A DNA stretch of 61,789 nt, the filler included, from Sanchytrium tribonematis (taxonomy: Eukaryota), in the NCBI GenBank assembly GCA_018985235.1. It is 9 parts of 9 records of this genome, joined end to end, with 100 filler letters (N's around TTAATTAATTAA, not from the genome) between each part and the next. Parts side by side here need not be neighbours in the genome. Positions count along the whole stretch, not along the records: positions 20,785 to 27,595 come from JADGIG010000494.1; positions 27,696 to 34,498 come from JADGIG010000495.1; 7 more parts are not named here. One strand, given 5' to 3'. The first letter of the stretch is position 1. Every line of letters begins with the position of its first letter. Positions 21,937 to 32,893 of this stretch are shown here, piece by piece. The translations under genes and the position numbers were made by a program. The notes beneath the pieces are model-generated. The model was not told the DNA's origin. It ran no database searches and worked only from the letters and a program-made list of their open reading frames with translations.

Positions 21937-24046
21937 TTAGATAAATTTGTTCTCCAAAAGCCAGTCTTGAGCATCTGTAAATTCTTTTGCAAGCGAGTCA
22001 TCAACCAAATTTTCTTTATGGAGACATTTCACGAGTACGACCACCTAGATAAGTAATAATTACATGTTGCCAAAATTCAAAAGCCCTTTTAACTTCTTTT
22101 TCGACATCTTTGCAGACAGTTTCAAATAGAATTTGTAAATCAGTCAAATCTTTCAAAATCAAATAATTCGTTAATAACACTCCCATAGTACAATTGAAGT
22201 CTCTGCTAAAAAGAAGCTTTGGCACAATATTTGCAACACCCTGCACCTCAATTTCCTCGGTGCAAATCGTATGCACCAAAATTGCCTCATTCCATTGGCG
22301 AATCGATTTTGAAAACAACTTCACAATACTATTAAACATCAGAATATTCCTGTCTAAAGGGGCACTCCAGGTAGAATCCTTGGCTCGTAGATTAATCAGA
22401 CTACAAACTCTAGATACAAGGTTGATAAATTGCTGATTTGATTCTTTAACTTGTGGTTTTGTTGGATATACCTCCTTGAAATTAGAGCTGTTCAGATGCC
22501 CGAACCTCAAAAGTTCAGAGGCGATAAGTAAGCCCTCTTCCATTTCAAAAGACAAATGTGAAAGGGCTTTTTTCAAGCACTTACCAAGTGGGGTTATCTC
22601 GTTTAAGCGTTCTGTATATCCAAGTACATTCAACAATCTTAGATTGACATTATGAAAAAGGTCAGACACTGTTGCGATTTTAAGTCGTTTCTGAACCCCG
22701 GAAAAAGTGACCCGCAAGTGACTCGTTGCCTTCTCAAATTCAAATAATGTCTTGTTTAAACCTAAAAGAGTAATTATGGCGTTTTTAGTCTTCAAAAATG
22801 GATGGGCATGACCGTTACTATCCTGGGACTTGATTGTGTAGGGAACTTTGGCGTCGTACCAAAAATATAAACTTGACGGGCGAGTTTTAATGAACTGCTT
22901 TAATACATCGAACACAAACCCGCGATTGGCATGAACCAGAGAGAGAATTTTTCTATAATTTTCACCGCCATTGCAAAGTGGTGGTGACTCAAGAACTATT
23001 CCTGATAGCAATTGAAAAATCAGATGTGGATTAATAAGGCTGTTGGCCATACAATAGTAAATACCATTACTCAATCTCGGTCCAAATATGTCGGCAACAT
23101 TTTTAGGAAGCTCAGCTCCATTGTTTGGATCTAGAATTATATTTACGGGAACTATAGCACCCTCTCTGGTATAGACAGGATTAAAATACCAAAAAACGTA
23201 ATAGCGAATAAACAGTTGCAAATAGTTGCTTAAATTTTGTTGGCTGCTCTGTATAGCCATGTCAATAGCTGTATAGCCATTTCCGCTCATTAAAATTTGA
23301 TTGATCGAATTCTCGAAAACATTAAAGTGGTGAGACGCCTGCCTTTGATCTGGTATAATAGGTGGAAATGTCGGAGAGTCAATTCCACAAAGCAAACAAG
23401 TGTCTAGCATTTGCTCAGATCCAAGACCAATTTTTTTTAATACAGCATCTCTGTAGACCCAATGAAATTCCTTGTTACTAAATTCAGTTATCCATTTATC
23501 AATGTTGTAACAAATAATTTCGTTAGAAGCTAATATAGCATGGACAGTTTTGGATTCTTTTAAATACACTAATTGAGGTATTGCAGCAAATGGAGCTCGA
23601 AAGGCAATAATATTTTTTGAAATAAGATAGTTAACCACATAAGATGCCAATTCAGGAAGCGAGAATGATTTAGAAGATTCAAAAGAGTATTGTGCCGCAT
23701 TGATTTCTCCTCCAAAATATTGTTCCCAGCCTTGATTTCTCATGTTAGAAGAATCATCCGGAGTGCTGTAAGGTAGTTCAGTTCGCAGAACAGGCAAGGA
23801 CGGAAAAACGAATATAGGCTGAATACTCAGTGATTCATAAAATGCAATCTCCTTGTCAATTTGCTGCAATAATTGTCCTGGTACAACTTTGCCCAAAGCA
23901 ATATGAAAAGGGTCTTTGAGGCTCAAAAGGCGTCTAAGCCAAAAAGTTCCATCAATCCCGAGTCTTATCCCACGAAGTTGATAGACCGAATCTTTGTTAA
24001 TGAGTGCAGACCGCTTTAAAAAGTATTCTAAACCTCGTACTCCCAT
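21937..24046 (-). CDS. MKT1: MKT1 (XPG/FEN1-like post-transcriptional regulator); exons 24046-22064 and 22044-21937
   Basis: MGVRGLE, RLGIDGTFWL, FRAPFAAIPQL, WSAPLDRNILMFNS. Spliced C-terminus AFEFWQH-VVVLVK...EFTDAQDWLLENKFI fits the Mkt1 C-terminal F..A..WL pattern. Confidence 0.85.
22045..22063 (-). other. 19-nt intron in MKT1 (gtaattattacttatctag)
   Basis: GT-AG with the same consensus; gives a Mkt1-like C-terminal helix. Confidence 0.82.
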
Positions 24047-24076
24047 TCTCCGTGTATCAAATACAAAATTATAATA

Positions 24077-25045
24077 TCAATTACATAATTTATTTATAAT
24101 TGTAGCAGATTCGCTAAAATCATTTTCGCTCATATAATATTTTTCGTCTTGCATCAAATATTTTCGGCTTAATTGGCCACCGGCAAACCATAATAAACCT
24201 TTCTCTCTTGCAAGTTCCAAATGATCAATAGCAAGCCTGTTAATAAATCCTAAGGAAGCAACTTGATTTTCATTGATTTGGTCAGATGTACTGAGATATT
24301 TCAAAACACCTGTCCTCAGTGTAGCATCGAAGTCGGTAATTGAAAAGGGTCCAGTGAGTAAAATTTTGGAGGCAAGGATATTCCTTATCCTATTTGGTAT
24401 TTTTAATAGAATAAAATGGAACAACAAAAAGAAATCGTGGTTTTTTAAAAGGTCATCAAGTAATTGAGTCCTCGCAGTAGCGGGAATTGTGATTTCAAAA
24501 CTCTCTGATTCACTGAGTTTGATCCACGTAGTATAAGACCCATGTTCAATTGAGACAAAGCAACATTCTCTTTCGTCATTAGGAATTGACTCTTTCAAGA
24601 GAAAATCAAAAACTTTTCTTTGCTTCTCATCTGACAACCTTTCAAGGCTCTTCTCAGACTTGATTTTTGGGAGCAAATTTTCTTTGAAAGCACGAAAAAG
24701 GTAGTCGGTGTTGTAAAAGTATCTTAAGGAGCAATAAGGAAGATATTTCCCTTCAAATATGGCACTGAAATACATTCCTGATTCATTTAGGTCTAGAACT
24801 ATGCCTGTTGTTTCGTTTACAGCATAAAGTGACGAGACAGGAGACAAGAGGATCCCAATTTTACTACATTTTGTAGATTTTGATATTTCATCAACATGAT
24901 CTATAGCAACTTGTTCATTCAAAGGCTCAGTGATAAAAACAACTTCTTTGCATTTGACGTCTTTAATTTTGATATCTTTCGGCTCATCCACACCACCCTG
25001 GTACGTGTTTTTGGAATTTGCTCGCAAGAGAAAAGCCTCAACCAT
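24077..25045 (-). CDS. Divergent actin-related protein (Arp9-like)
   Basis: SPVSSLYAVNETTGIVLDL, KILLTG, WFAGGQL (actin-fold motifs). ATG 25045. Confidence 0.6.
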   Translation of the reverse strand: MVEAFLLRANSKNTYQGGVDEPKDIKIKDVKCKEVVFITEPLNEQVAIDHVDEISKSTKCSKIGILLSPVSSLYAVNETTGIVLDLNESGMYFSAIFEGKYLPYCSLRYFYNTDYLFRAFKENLLPKIKSEKSLERLSDEKQRKVFDFLLKESIPNDERECCFVSIEHGSYTTWIKLSESESFEITIPATARTQLLDDLLKNHDFFLLFHFILLKIPNRIRNILASKILLTGPFSITDFDATLRTGVLKYLSTSDQINENQVASLGFINRLAIDHLELAREKGLLWFAGGQLSRKYLMQDEKYYMSENDFSESATIINKLCN

Positions 25046-25069
25046 CTCCTTAAATTTCAAAAAAACTTA

Positions 25070-25333
25070 ATGGATCCAGTTATGAAGTTGCAAAAAAACC
25101 TAGATTCTATTGCATTATGTACAGCCAAAAGTGTTGATTGCATATACAATGGCGTGTCATACAATCATCATCTTGAGGAAATCAAATTGGCCTTCGAGGA
25201 AGCCTTCACGATAATCGAACGCTTGCCAAATTCGACTCAAAATATCCCAAAAATTGCATTAGATTTAGATGCTTTGTATGTTGCAGCAGGGAAAGGTGTA
25301 AAGAATTTTGAAAATAAAATTTTAGATAATTGA
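25070..25333 (+). CDS. Small helical protein, possibly Mediator subunit Med21-like
   Basis: MDPVMKLQKNLDSIA...IIERLP resembles Med21 (MDRLTQLQD...LIDSLP). Weak. Confidence 0.4.
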   Translation: MDPVMKLQKNLDSIALCTAKSVDCIYNGVSYNHHLEEIKLAFEEAFTIIERLPNSTQNIPKIALDLDALYVAAGKGVKNFENKILDN

Positions 25334-25470
25334 CCAAATTAAACAACCTAAATATTTACATTTTGTTTTGCGTTATTGTTTCCTTAAATTGAAGTTCTAT
25401 TTGAAAATCATTGCAGCATTTCGTGATAATAGAGTACCTCTAGATTTTTTTGTAAATATTTTTGAAACAA

Positions 25471-26253
25471 ATGTTGAATTTTTCTCTTGGTATTTCAACC
25501 GAAAAAAATAGAGTATATAGAAGGACCATGGAAGACAGAGATTTTCACTGTTTGGATTTTAATAATATTAAAGGACAAGCTCTTTTAGCCATTTTTGATG
25601 GACATGCCGGAAGTGAAGCCTCAATATATTGCGAAGAACATTTTCATCGTGAATTCGTCAACCAACTATTGCTATCACAAGAGGAAAATATTAGTAACAA
25701 TTCTAACAATCAATTTTTTCCAATCTTTGATAAAACTTTTCTTGCTATTGACGAGCAACTTAAATTTACCCATGCTGGGTGCACTGCTGTAGTTTCTTAT
25801 ATCCAAAAAGAAGGGCAAGATAAATTTACACTCTATTGCGCAAACGTAGGGGATGCTAGGGCTGTATTGTGTCGAAATAGGCAAGCTTTCCGGTTAACAA
25901 GAGATCACAAAGGAACTGACGATTGGGAAGCTAAAAGGATAACTGACAACAATGGATTTGTTTTCAAGGGAAGAGTCAATGGGGTTTTAGCAGTAACAAG
26001 ATCTTTAGGGGATCATTCTATGAAAGAACATGTGATATCTCGTCCTTTTTGCACTAGCACTGAGCTGTGTCCATTAGACAATTACCTAATACTTGCTTGT
26101 GATGGACTTTGGGATGTGTGTGACGATCAAACAGCAGTCGATATCGTTCTGAAGTATAAAGAACCCCAAAAATGTGCAGACAAACTTATTGAATATGCCC
26201 TAGAAAACAATTCTACAGACAATCTTTCAATTATGGTTTTGCAAATAAAATAA
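25471..26253 (+). CDS. Protein phosphatase 2C (PTC1-like)
   Basis: RRTMED, IFDGHAG, ANVGDARAVL, LAVTRSLGD, LACDGLWDV, STDNLS. Confidence 0.95.
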   Translation: MLNFSLGISTEKNRVYRRTMEDRDFHCLDFNNIKGQALLAIFDGHAGSEASIYCEEHFHREFVNQLLLSQEENISNNSNNQFFPIFDKTFLAIDEQLKFTHAGCTAVVSYIQKEGQDKFTLYCANVGDARAVLCRNRQAFRLTRDHKGTDDWEAKRITDNNGFVFKGRVNGVLAVTRSLGDHSMKEHVISRPFCTSTELCPLDNYLILACDGLWDVCDDQTAVDIVLKYKEPQKCADKLIEYALENNSTDNLSIMVLQIK

Positions 26254-26280
26254 AATAAAAGTTAATATCTCCTTTTTTCG

Positions 26281-27499
26281 ATGTCTGGGACTCAAATTTA
26301 CAAAATATTCTTCACGGTAAGTTCTTCCGCATCAATCTCGTGGCTTTTGATTTCAAATACGCCATTCAAGCATTACTTTGAGGGAAACGAGGTTATTTAT
26401 GATTATATGCTCTACACAGAACAAATGACAACCAGATTGGCTGGTTTTGACATTGAAGCACCTAAATTAATAGGACTTGAGCCAGAGTTGAATATTTTGC
26501 AAAACAATTTAAAAAATTCTTCTCGGTTCCAGGATTCTTTGAAAAATTTTAATGAAAAATTCAAGTTGATGAAGTTGCACAGCCGAGGGGATAAACAATA
26601 TATCCGCAAACTCGAGGCCGATCTCTCAGGTGAGACCAAAAAATATGAGAACGACCTTATGGAATTGCGGCACAATCTGGAAGAAGCGCATAGGGAATCC
26701 AATTTAAAAATTATTACAGAAAAAGAAAAGCAATTGAAGTCTCAGTATGAAAAGCTTTTGAGTGCTCAGAACCAACACCTGAAAGACCAATTTAAAAGAG
26801 AAGTATCTGAATTAGTTGAAACAGAAAGAGAAGGTAAATTACAGAAATTGAACAATTTGGAAGAAGAATTGACTGAATTGAAATATGCAACTATAAAAGT
26901 TCAAGAGGAAAACTCAAGAATGAAAAATAGTGTCGATCTTTACAACTCAATAATTTTATTGAAAAATAGGATGGCAAAAGAAAATACAAGTATTGATTTG
27001 AATACGCCTGGCGATCCATTCATAAATTCAATAATTGCTCATATGCCAAAGTACGTTCGGTCTGAAAACGAAATTCAAGCCAAATTTATCAACATGTATC
27101 CGCAACTTCTAAAAACATCTTTATTGAATTCAAACGAATCATTATTGAATAAAGCGACCAATTTCATTAATGGCTGGACAGGCTGGAGTTTGTCAAATGA
27201 GCAAGAAAAATATCCTAGAATGACATTTTGGAGATATTTTACCACCAGTGTTCTTAGTAAGTTTGTATTCCCTTGGCAAACGAAGCTGGATGAATTGCTA
27301 CTGAAAGTTAAGCAGCGGAATTTTAAAGATAGTGCCACATTATGTTCAGATCTACCATTCTGGCCCAAGAAGTTGTTGTCGGAGTGGCACCGAGATGTTG
27401 CTGATCACGAAAAAGTAAAAGAATTAATTTTGGTACTGGAAACTAACTAAGGTTCTTGAGAGGTATACTTTGTCACAGTTATCAACACAGAATGAATAA
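26281..27499 (+). CDS. MIC60: MICOS subunit MIC60/mitofilin; exons 26281-27432 and 27452-27499
   Basis: N-terminal TM followed by FKHYF, long coiled coil with VETEREGKL, and mitofilin-domain end LPFWPKKLLSEW. Confidence 0.75.
27433..27451 (+). other. 19-nt intron in MIC60 (gtactggaaactaactaag)
   Basis: GT-AG with a perfect ACTAAC branch site at the consensus position and an in-frame TAA. Splicing extends the terminal helix (ELIL-VLERYTLSQLSTQNE*). Confidence 0.75.
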
Positions 27500-27512
27500 G
27501 TAAAACCATTTA

Positions 27513-27595
27513 TTAGACTTCAATGAATCTGATATAATTTTTGAGCCAAATTGCAGTGCTCTCGTCTAATATGGGAGTTAACTCTTCCAAACATC
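27513..27595 (-). CDS. C-terminal gene fragment (PWI-domain-like end), 5' partial
   Basis: Hand translation CLEELTPILDESTAIWLKNYIRFIEV*. Confidence 0.3.
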
Positions 27596-27695
27596 NNNNN
27601 NNNNNNNNNNNNNNNNNNNNNNNNNNNNNNNNNNNNNNNTTAATTAATTAANNNNNNNNNNNNNNNNNNNNNNNNNNNNNNNNNNNNNNNNNNNN
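27596..27695. other. Artificial contig spacer
   Basis: N44-TTAATTAATTAA-N44. Confidence 0.98.
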
Positions 27696-29815
27696 ATTTT
27701 CTTGTTATTTTTAGCATTGTATAATTCAATGGTCAATAATGGAGTAGGTTGAAATACTCTTAACTGAAATACAATAGTTCCATTGGCGGTAAAGTCTGCT
27801 GAGATGACATCTGATTTTGCATGGTATCCACTGAAAGGGTCGTCTAAATGCCCGCTTGTGAGTACATTTGGGAATTTACCATCTTTTCCTAGAACAGAAA
27901 CATCACTCAAGCTTCCTTTGTATCCCATATATGGAATATTAATTGGATAAGCATCACCTTTGATTGGAAAAGCCTGGATATAGCCAGAATAGATCCACTG
28001 ATCTTTACTTGGAAGCCAAGGTGGGATGATGTTCAAATTGATACTTCTAGACTGTTTCGCTTGTAATGTAATTGTGCCAGGCATGAGGATCTTCGCAGGG
28101 CTACTTTTAGTAGAAACTTGTCCAAATACTTTACCACTGGCAGACAATGCCGGAATGTGTTTCAGTTTAAAAGTTACAGGAGCATTTCCGTCATTTTTCA
28201 AGGTGATTTTCTTGTTCTTTAAAAATGAGTACCATTTTTGATCTCCCAATTCTAATTTTGGAGGATATGCAGAAACAATATTGAACAATACTTTGGTAGC
28301 ATTGACCAAACCATTACCTTGTTTGATCACAGGATAAACACCCTTGTTATCACAGATTTCACCATTATTCATAAGCAATTGTTTCATTTTGTCTGAACTT
28401 GTCTTACCGTATTTGCCAACATACAATGCAGCCACGCCGGAGATATAAGGGGCACTCATTGATGTACCACTCAATACACCATATTTACCTTGATTTAACG
28501 GCAATGAGGAGAACACAGCTCCACCAACACCACCTACTTCAGGTTTTAATTGCAAGGCACTTCCAGGTCCATAACTTGAAAAGTCACTAGGTAATCCACT
28601 TGCATCTGAAATTTCTTGGGAAGTAGCATCAGTTAAAGTGATCATTTCTCCAGCTTGACTTCTTAATTTTTGGCCATCAGTTCCACTAATAAGATAGACA
28701 CCAGTAGCAAAAGACTCATCCACATATCCACTAGCAAATGGACCTTCAGCAGAATTGTAAATCAAGACAGCTCCTGCACCAGCATCAATTGCATGCTTCG
28801 CTTTATCAGCTAATGGGCAAGAACCCCTTTTGATCAACAAAGCAGCACCTTTAAAATTGGTTGTATAAGCTTCACATCCATCAGTACTAATTTCAGAAGG
28901 CGAACTTAATGCCAATTTAAATGACCCAGATCCTTTTTTGACAACCTCTGCACTTACAGATGTACTTCCAATTTGCAATCTTTGATAGTTGAGGTAGATC
29001 TTGTTGTTGAATGATGCAATAGCAATTGCCTTTTCAGCAATAGCCGGTGATCCACCCATAAATAACCCATCTGCGCCTTCATTACCCTGAGAAATGATCA
29101 CAATCAGTCCCAATTCACTCAAACGATCTATTAATCGACAATAAGGTCTATCAGCCCAACCAGACCAACTACCCAAACTCAAATTAATAATGTCCATTCC
29201 ATCGTGGTAAGCTTGTTCCATGGCTCTCATAATAATAGACTCTCTAGCACCCCCAGTACAAGGAAACACTTTGTAAGCACCGAGTTTTGCAGCAGGTGCT
29301 ACACCAGTAAATAATTCATCTTTTCCTGCTACGATTCCTCCAACATGTGTACCGTGCTCGTTGCAGTTGTCAACGGGGTCATCGTCCTCGAGAGTTCCAT
29401 CGTCTCCAACAAAATCGTGTCCAGAAATCACTTTACAATTAGGAGTTTTATAACAACTTCCAAATGCAGGGTGGTTGTAATCTAATCCAGTATCGATGAT
29501 TCCAACTTTAGCTCCCTCACCGAAAATGCCTTGATCATGCAATTCTTTGACATTGGTGAGTTCATGAATAGCGTTGTTGATTGTACTATTAGTCGTTGTG
29601 ACTGTGACATCTGGTTTTGGAGCTTGAATTTCTATATCCTCCCAAACATTTTTGACTCCTTTCAAATTACTTAATGCCTCAACAGATTTATCAGAAGAAA
29701 CTAAAACTGTTGGCATGGTCTTAAACTTATAGATTGGCTTAACACTTCCAGGTAACTTGAAATTTACATCCAATTCTACAATGTAATTTTTACTTAGAAC
29801 TGTGGTCCAGAGCAT
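27696..29815 (-). CDS. Secreted subtilisin (S8, Vpr/pyrolysin-like) with PA and Fn3-like domains (3' partial)
   Basis: Catalytic triad GIIDTG, HGTHVGG, GTSMSAP; PA motif LIKRGSC. Confidence 0.95.
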
Positions 29816-29990
29816 TGTGTCTGAATGCTACTGTCGCAATTTATAATAAATTATAACGCCATTTGTGTCACTCCCATGTCCTGACTGGAAATATGTCGCC
29901 ATACTTTACGAATATTGCGTCACTATCTTTCCAAACAATCAAAGATAGTTCAAGGAATTTGCCAATCAGTTGAATTTGAAATCACATGGT

Positions 29991-31265
29991 TTATTTTAAT
30001 CTTAAATTGACGCGAGAAATGGCCAAGATACTAGAGAATATACCAAAGATGCCTAAAGATACTGTGAGTAGCTTTCTAAATTTAAAATCAAATGGACTAA
30101 TAGAGTAAAGAATCTTAATATTTTGATCGTCTTGCAAATAATGACTTTTAATCACTAACTTACGTCTACCGATTGTGTCAAAATAAGAAAATTCTTTCTG
30201 GTGATCAAGAGAAATTGAGTGTACCTTTGCTTGAACATAAATATGATGAGCCCCTTCTGGTAATACAATTTCAATCACAGCATGCTCTGCAGTATACTGT
30301 TTTGGCAAATCGGCTAGATTTACCGTTATGAAAAAGTAATGAGGGCTATAGGTATTTGTTTTTTCTATCTCAAGCGGTTTTTTTAATAATCCATGTAGTT
30401 CATCAAATGATCCAGAAATTAGGCGATTATTGGACTTGAGCATATAACCGTTCCCAAACTCAAATTTCCAACCACCGAAAAGCGGATATCGAGGCTTAAT
30501 TCTTAAGTGAGATGGTTTTCCTTTGATAACCATTGGCTTTTCTGCCATGTCAAATTTTTGAGCTTTGCCTTTTCTAAAATTACTTGTCGAGATATTACCC
30601 ACTTGGTCTCTCACCCAGGGCTCCAACGCACCACCAGGAAGTGAGAATTCAATTTCTTGTACCACTGGAAGATTGTCCACTTGCTGCCTTTTGACCATAT
30701 AATCAGCTCTATTGAAGTAGTCAAGCCTGCTTCCTCTATTTACAAGCGTGTACTTATTAAATACATTCACAATACCTGAGTAATGCTCAATATATACTTT
30801 CTTCGCATATTTCTCTAAAATAGGACCATAGTAACTATTTTCAAATTGGATTTGAAAGTCTTCTCCTTTAGCTAACTCAAAGACTACCTTAGTAGACTTT
30901 TGAGAAACGGGTTTTGGATCTGCCTTTTTAATTTTGCCTTTTGTGATCAAAGTAATCTTAATTTTGTTTGCGTCAAAGCTCACATTTGGAACAACACTTT
31001 TAAAAATAGTTATCTGCTGCTCACCTTGAGAAATATCGCCAGCGAGCAAATCCAGCTGAGGCTGTTTGACTCTAAATTCGGCGCCCTTGTCAACGGCAAT
31101 TTTACAGCAATTTAAACCACAAGATTTACCACCAGAGACTTGTTTGCAGTCATAAGCAAGATCCATCATTCCCTTCTTTTCTGTGATTACTTTATATTTG
31201 ATATTGTTTCTCGCTGTGAATGTCAATTCTAATTCCAAAGCGAAAATTGCCAACAAAAAAAGCAT
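29991..31265 (-). CDS. OST1: Oligosaccharyltransferase subunit ribophorin I
   Basis: RDQVGNISTSNFR, PRYPLFGGWK, IVLPEGA, YFDTIGR, C-terminal TM. Confidence 0.93.
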   Translation of the reverse strand: MLFLLAIFALELELTFTARNNIKYKVITEKKGMMDLAYDCKQVSGGKSCGLNCCKIAVDKGAEFRVKQPQLDLLAGDISQGEQQITIFKSVVPNVSFDANKIKITLITKGKIKKADPKPVSQKSTKVVFELAKGEDFQIQFENSYYGPILEKYAKKVYIEHYSGIVNVFNKYTLVNRGSRLDYFNRADYMVKRQQVDNLPVVQEIEFSLPGGALEPWVRDQVGNISTSNFRKGKAQKFDMAEKPMVIKGKPSHLRIKPRYPLFGGWKFEFGNGYMLKSNNRLISGSFDELHGLLKKPLEIEKTNTYSPHYFFITVNLADLPKQYTAEHAVIEIVLPEGAHHIYVQAKVHSISLDHQKEFSYFDTIGRRKLVIKSHYLQDDQNIKILYSISPFDFKFRKLLTVSLGIFGIFSSILAISRVNLRLK

Positions 31266-31413
31266 GAGTTTCAAAAAATAAAAAAGGGCTGATGATTTAT
31301 ATGGCCCCCATGAAAGAATTCATCAAAAGCTCTATATATCATTGGTGATATTGTGCCAGTTTTATTAATGTTAAACAAGCCATGAACAATTTCGTGATGC
31401 GAAGTGGCTTTCA

Positions 31414-32031
31414 ATGGATCCAAATCTTCATTTACTTTCAAAAGAGACACAAGCATCTGTATTGAAGAATTTATACCCAAATAAAATTAACAACGAGGAA
31501 CTATTGGTTTTCAGAAAGTGCCACAATTGTCCACATAAAGTGTGGCAGGTTAAGCAAAACCAAACTTGGCATTGCGGTTGTCAGCTTTATCATTCAGAAT
31601 TTGCTGGAAATAAAAGAGATGTTTGTCCTTGTACATTCAAAAAAGAAAATATCGAATGTAGACTTGAGGTTGAGCAATTTTTGTTAAGCGATGGACATTT
31701 CAGCGGCCACGAGGGCCCTCTGCTAGGTAACAAACCAGGAGCCATTGCAGTTATGCAGACTGACGGAAATTTGGTAATTTACTATCGAAGTCAAGCCATT
31801 TGGGCATCAAACACTTGTGGGGCTGGTCAAGGTCCTTTCAAATTGGCCTTGACCAATGAAGGGAATTTAGTGATATTGGACAGTACCGGCAATGCAACAT
31901 GGAAAGCTGGTCATCGACGATCAATAAGCGAACACCCTTGTTTTCTCGTCTTTCAAGACGATGGAAATTTGGTTTTATATGACGCAAACAGCAATCCTTT
32001 GTGGGCATCGGACACAGATGGAAGAATGTAA
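31414..32031 (+). CDS. Bulb-type (GNA-like) mannose-binding lectin with Cys-rich N-terminus
   Basis: QTDGNLVIY, TNEGNLVIL and QDDGNLVLY (QxDxNxVxY repeats), each followed by W-A-S/K. Confidence 0.88.
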   Translation: MDPNLHLLSKETQASVLKNLYPNKINNEELLVFRKCHNCPHKVWQVKQNQTWHCGCQLYHSEFAGNKRDVCPCTFKKENIECRLEVEQFLLSDGHFSGHEGPLLGNKPGAIAVMQTDGNLVIYYRSQAIWASNTCGAGQGPFKLALTNEGNLVILDSTGNATWKAGHRRSISEHPCFLVFQDDGNLVLYDANSNPLWASDTDGRM

Positions 32032-32447
32032 ATTGCTTCAATAAATATCAGAACATTTATATCAGATACGTGACATAACACAAGAAAACTCGAAATTAAT
32101 ATTCCACCTATTAATTTAATAGCAGAATTCTTGCGTAATAGCTTTTTGTTGTGTCATCACCACGGAGATTGAGGTTCTAATTTGCTTTTTGACTCGATAA
32201 AAGGCTAAAAGTCATTTGATTAAGATTGCCTGTTGCTATATTAAAATTTAATTCCCCGGCACCGTTTTTTGGTTTTATAGACGCGATTCTTGAAACAACA
32301 ATTGGCGAAACCAAATTCTCATATTTAAGGACCAATCAACATTTTGTGTGACTGTAAGCGGATCTTCGTTGGAGATTGTCAATTAACTTAAGATAGTCAC
32401 ATGCTTTTACAAAGGGTATAAGTTTGCGATGAACCTGGCCAACTATA

Positions 32448-32804
32448 ATGTCAACATTGAAAGAATTATTCCTGACTTCGAAGGAAGCTTATATTGTTCG
32501 AAGAATTATTAAAGCTTTCAAGATACCTCCATATACCGTCGGATGTGCGCTGTGCTACTATCAGGATATATCTATTGATAGTTTTAATATGTTTTGCTTG
32601 TGCCTTCTTGTTGCCCATAAGGTCTATGAAGATTATAAAATTAGAACGAAAAGCTGGTCAAGATATGTGAATATCGACAAATCATGGCTCATAGTCAATG
32701 AAATCCGCCTGCTGAAGTTTTACAATCATCAAATGTATTTGCCGAAAGAGCGGGTTCTTGCTGCAACAGTCAATTGTTTAAGTGCCTTTTTCCCAAGTAA
32801 ATAA
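32448..32804 (+). CDS. Small cyclin-fold protein (Pcl/Pho80-like)
   Basis: CLLVAHKVYED...TKSWSRY...NEIRLL cyclin-box motif. Confidence 0.7.
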   Translation: MSTLKELFLTSKEAYIVRRIIKAFKIPPYTVGCALCYYQDISIDSFNMFCLCLLVAHKVYEDYKIRTKSWSRYVNIDKSWLIVNEIRLLKFYNHQMYLPKERVLAATVNCLSAFFPSK

Positions 32805-32893
32805 ATTGTGTAAATTATAATTGCTGTTTGGCAATCTTAGTACTTGGGAATTTTGGTACCAAGGAACTTGAATTATAAAATATTTTTCAAAAC

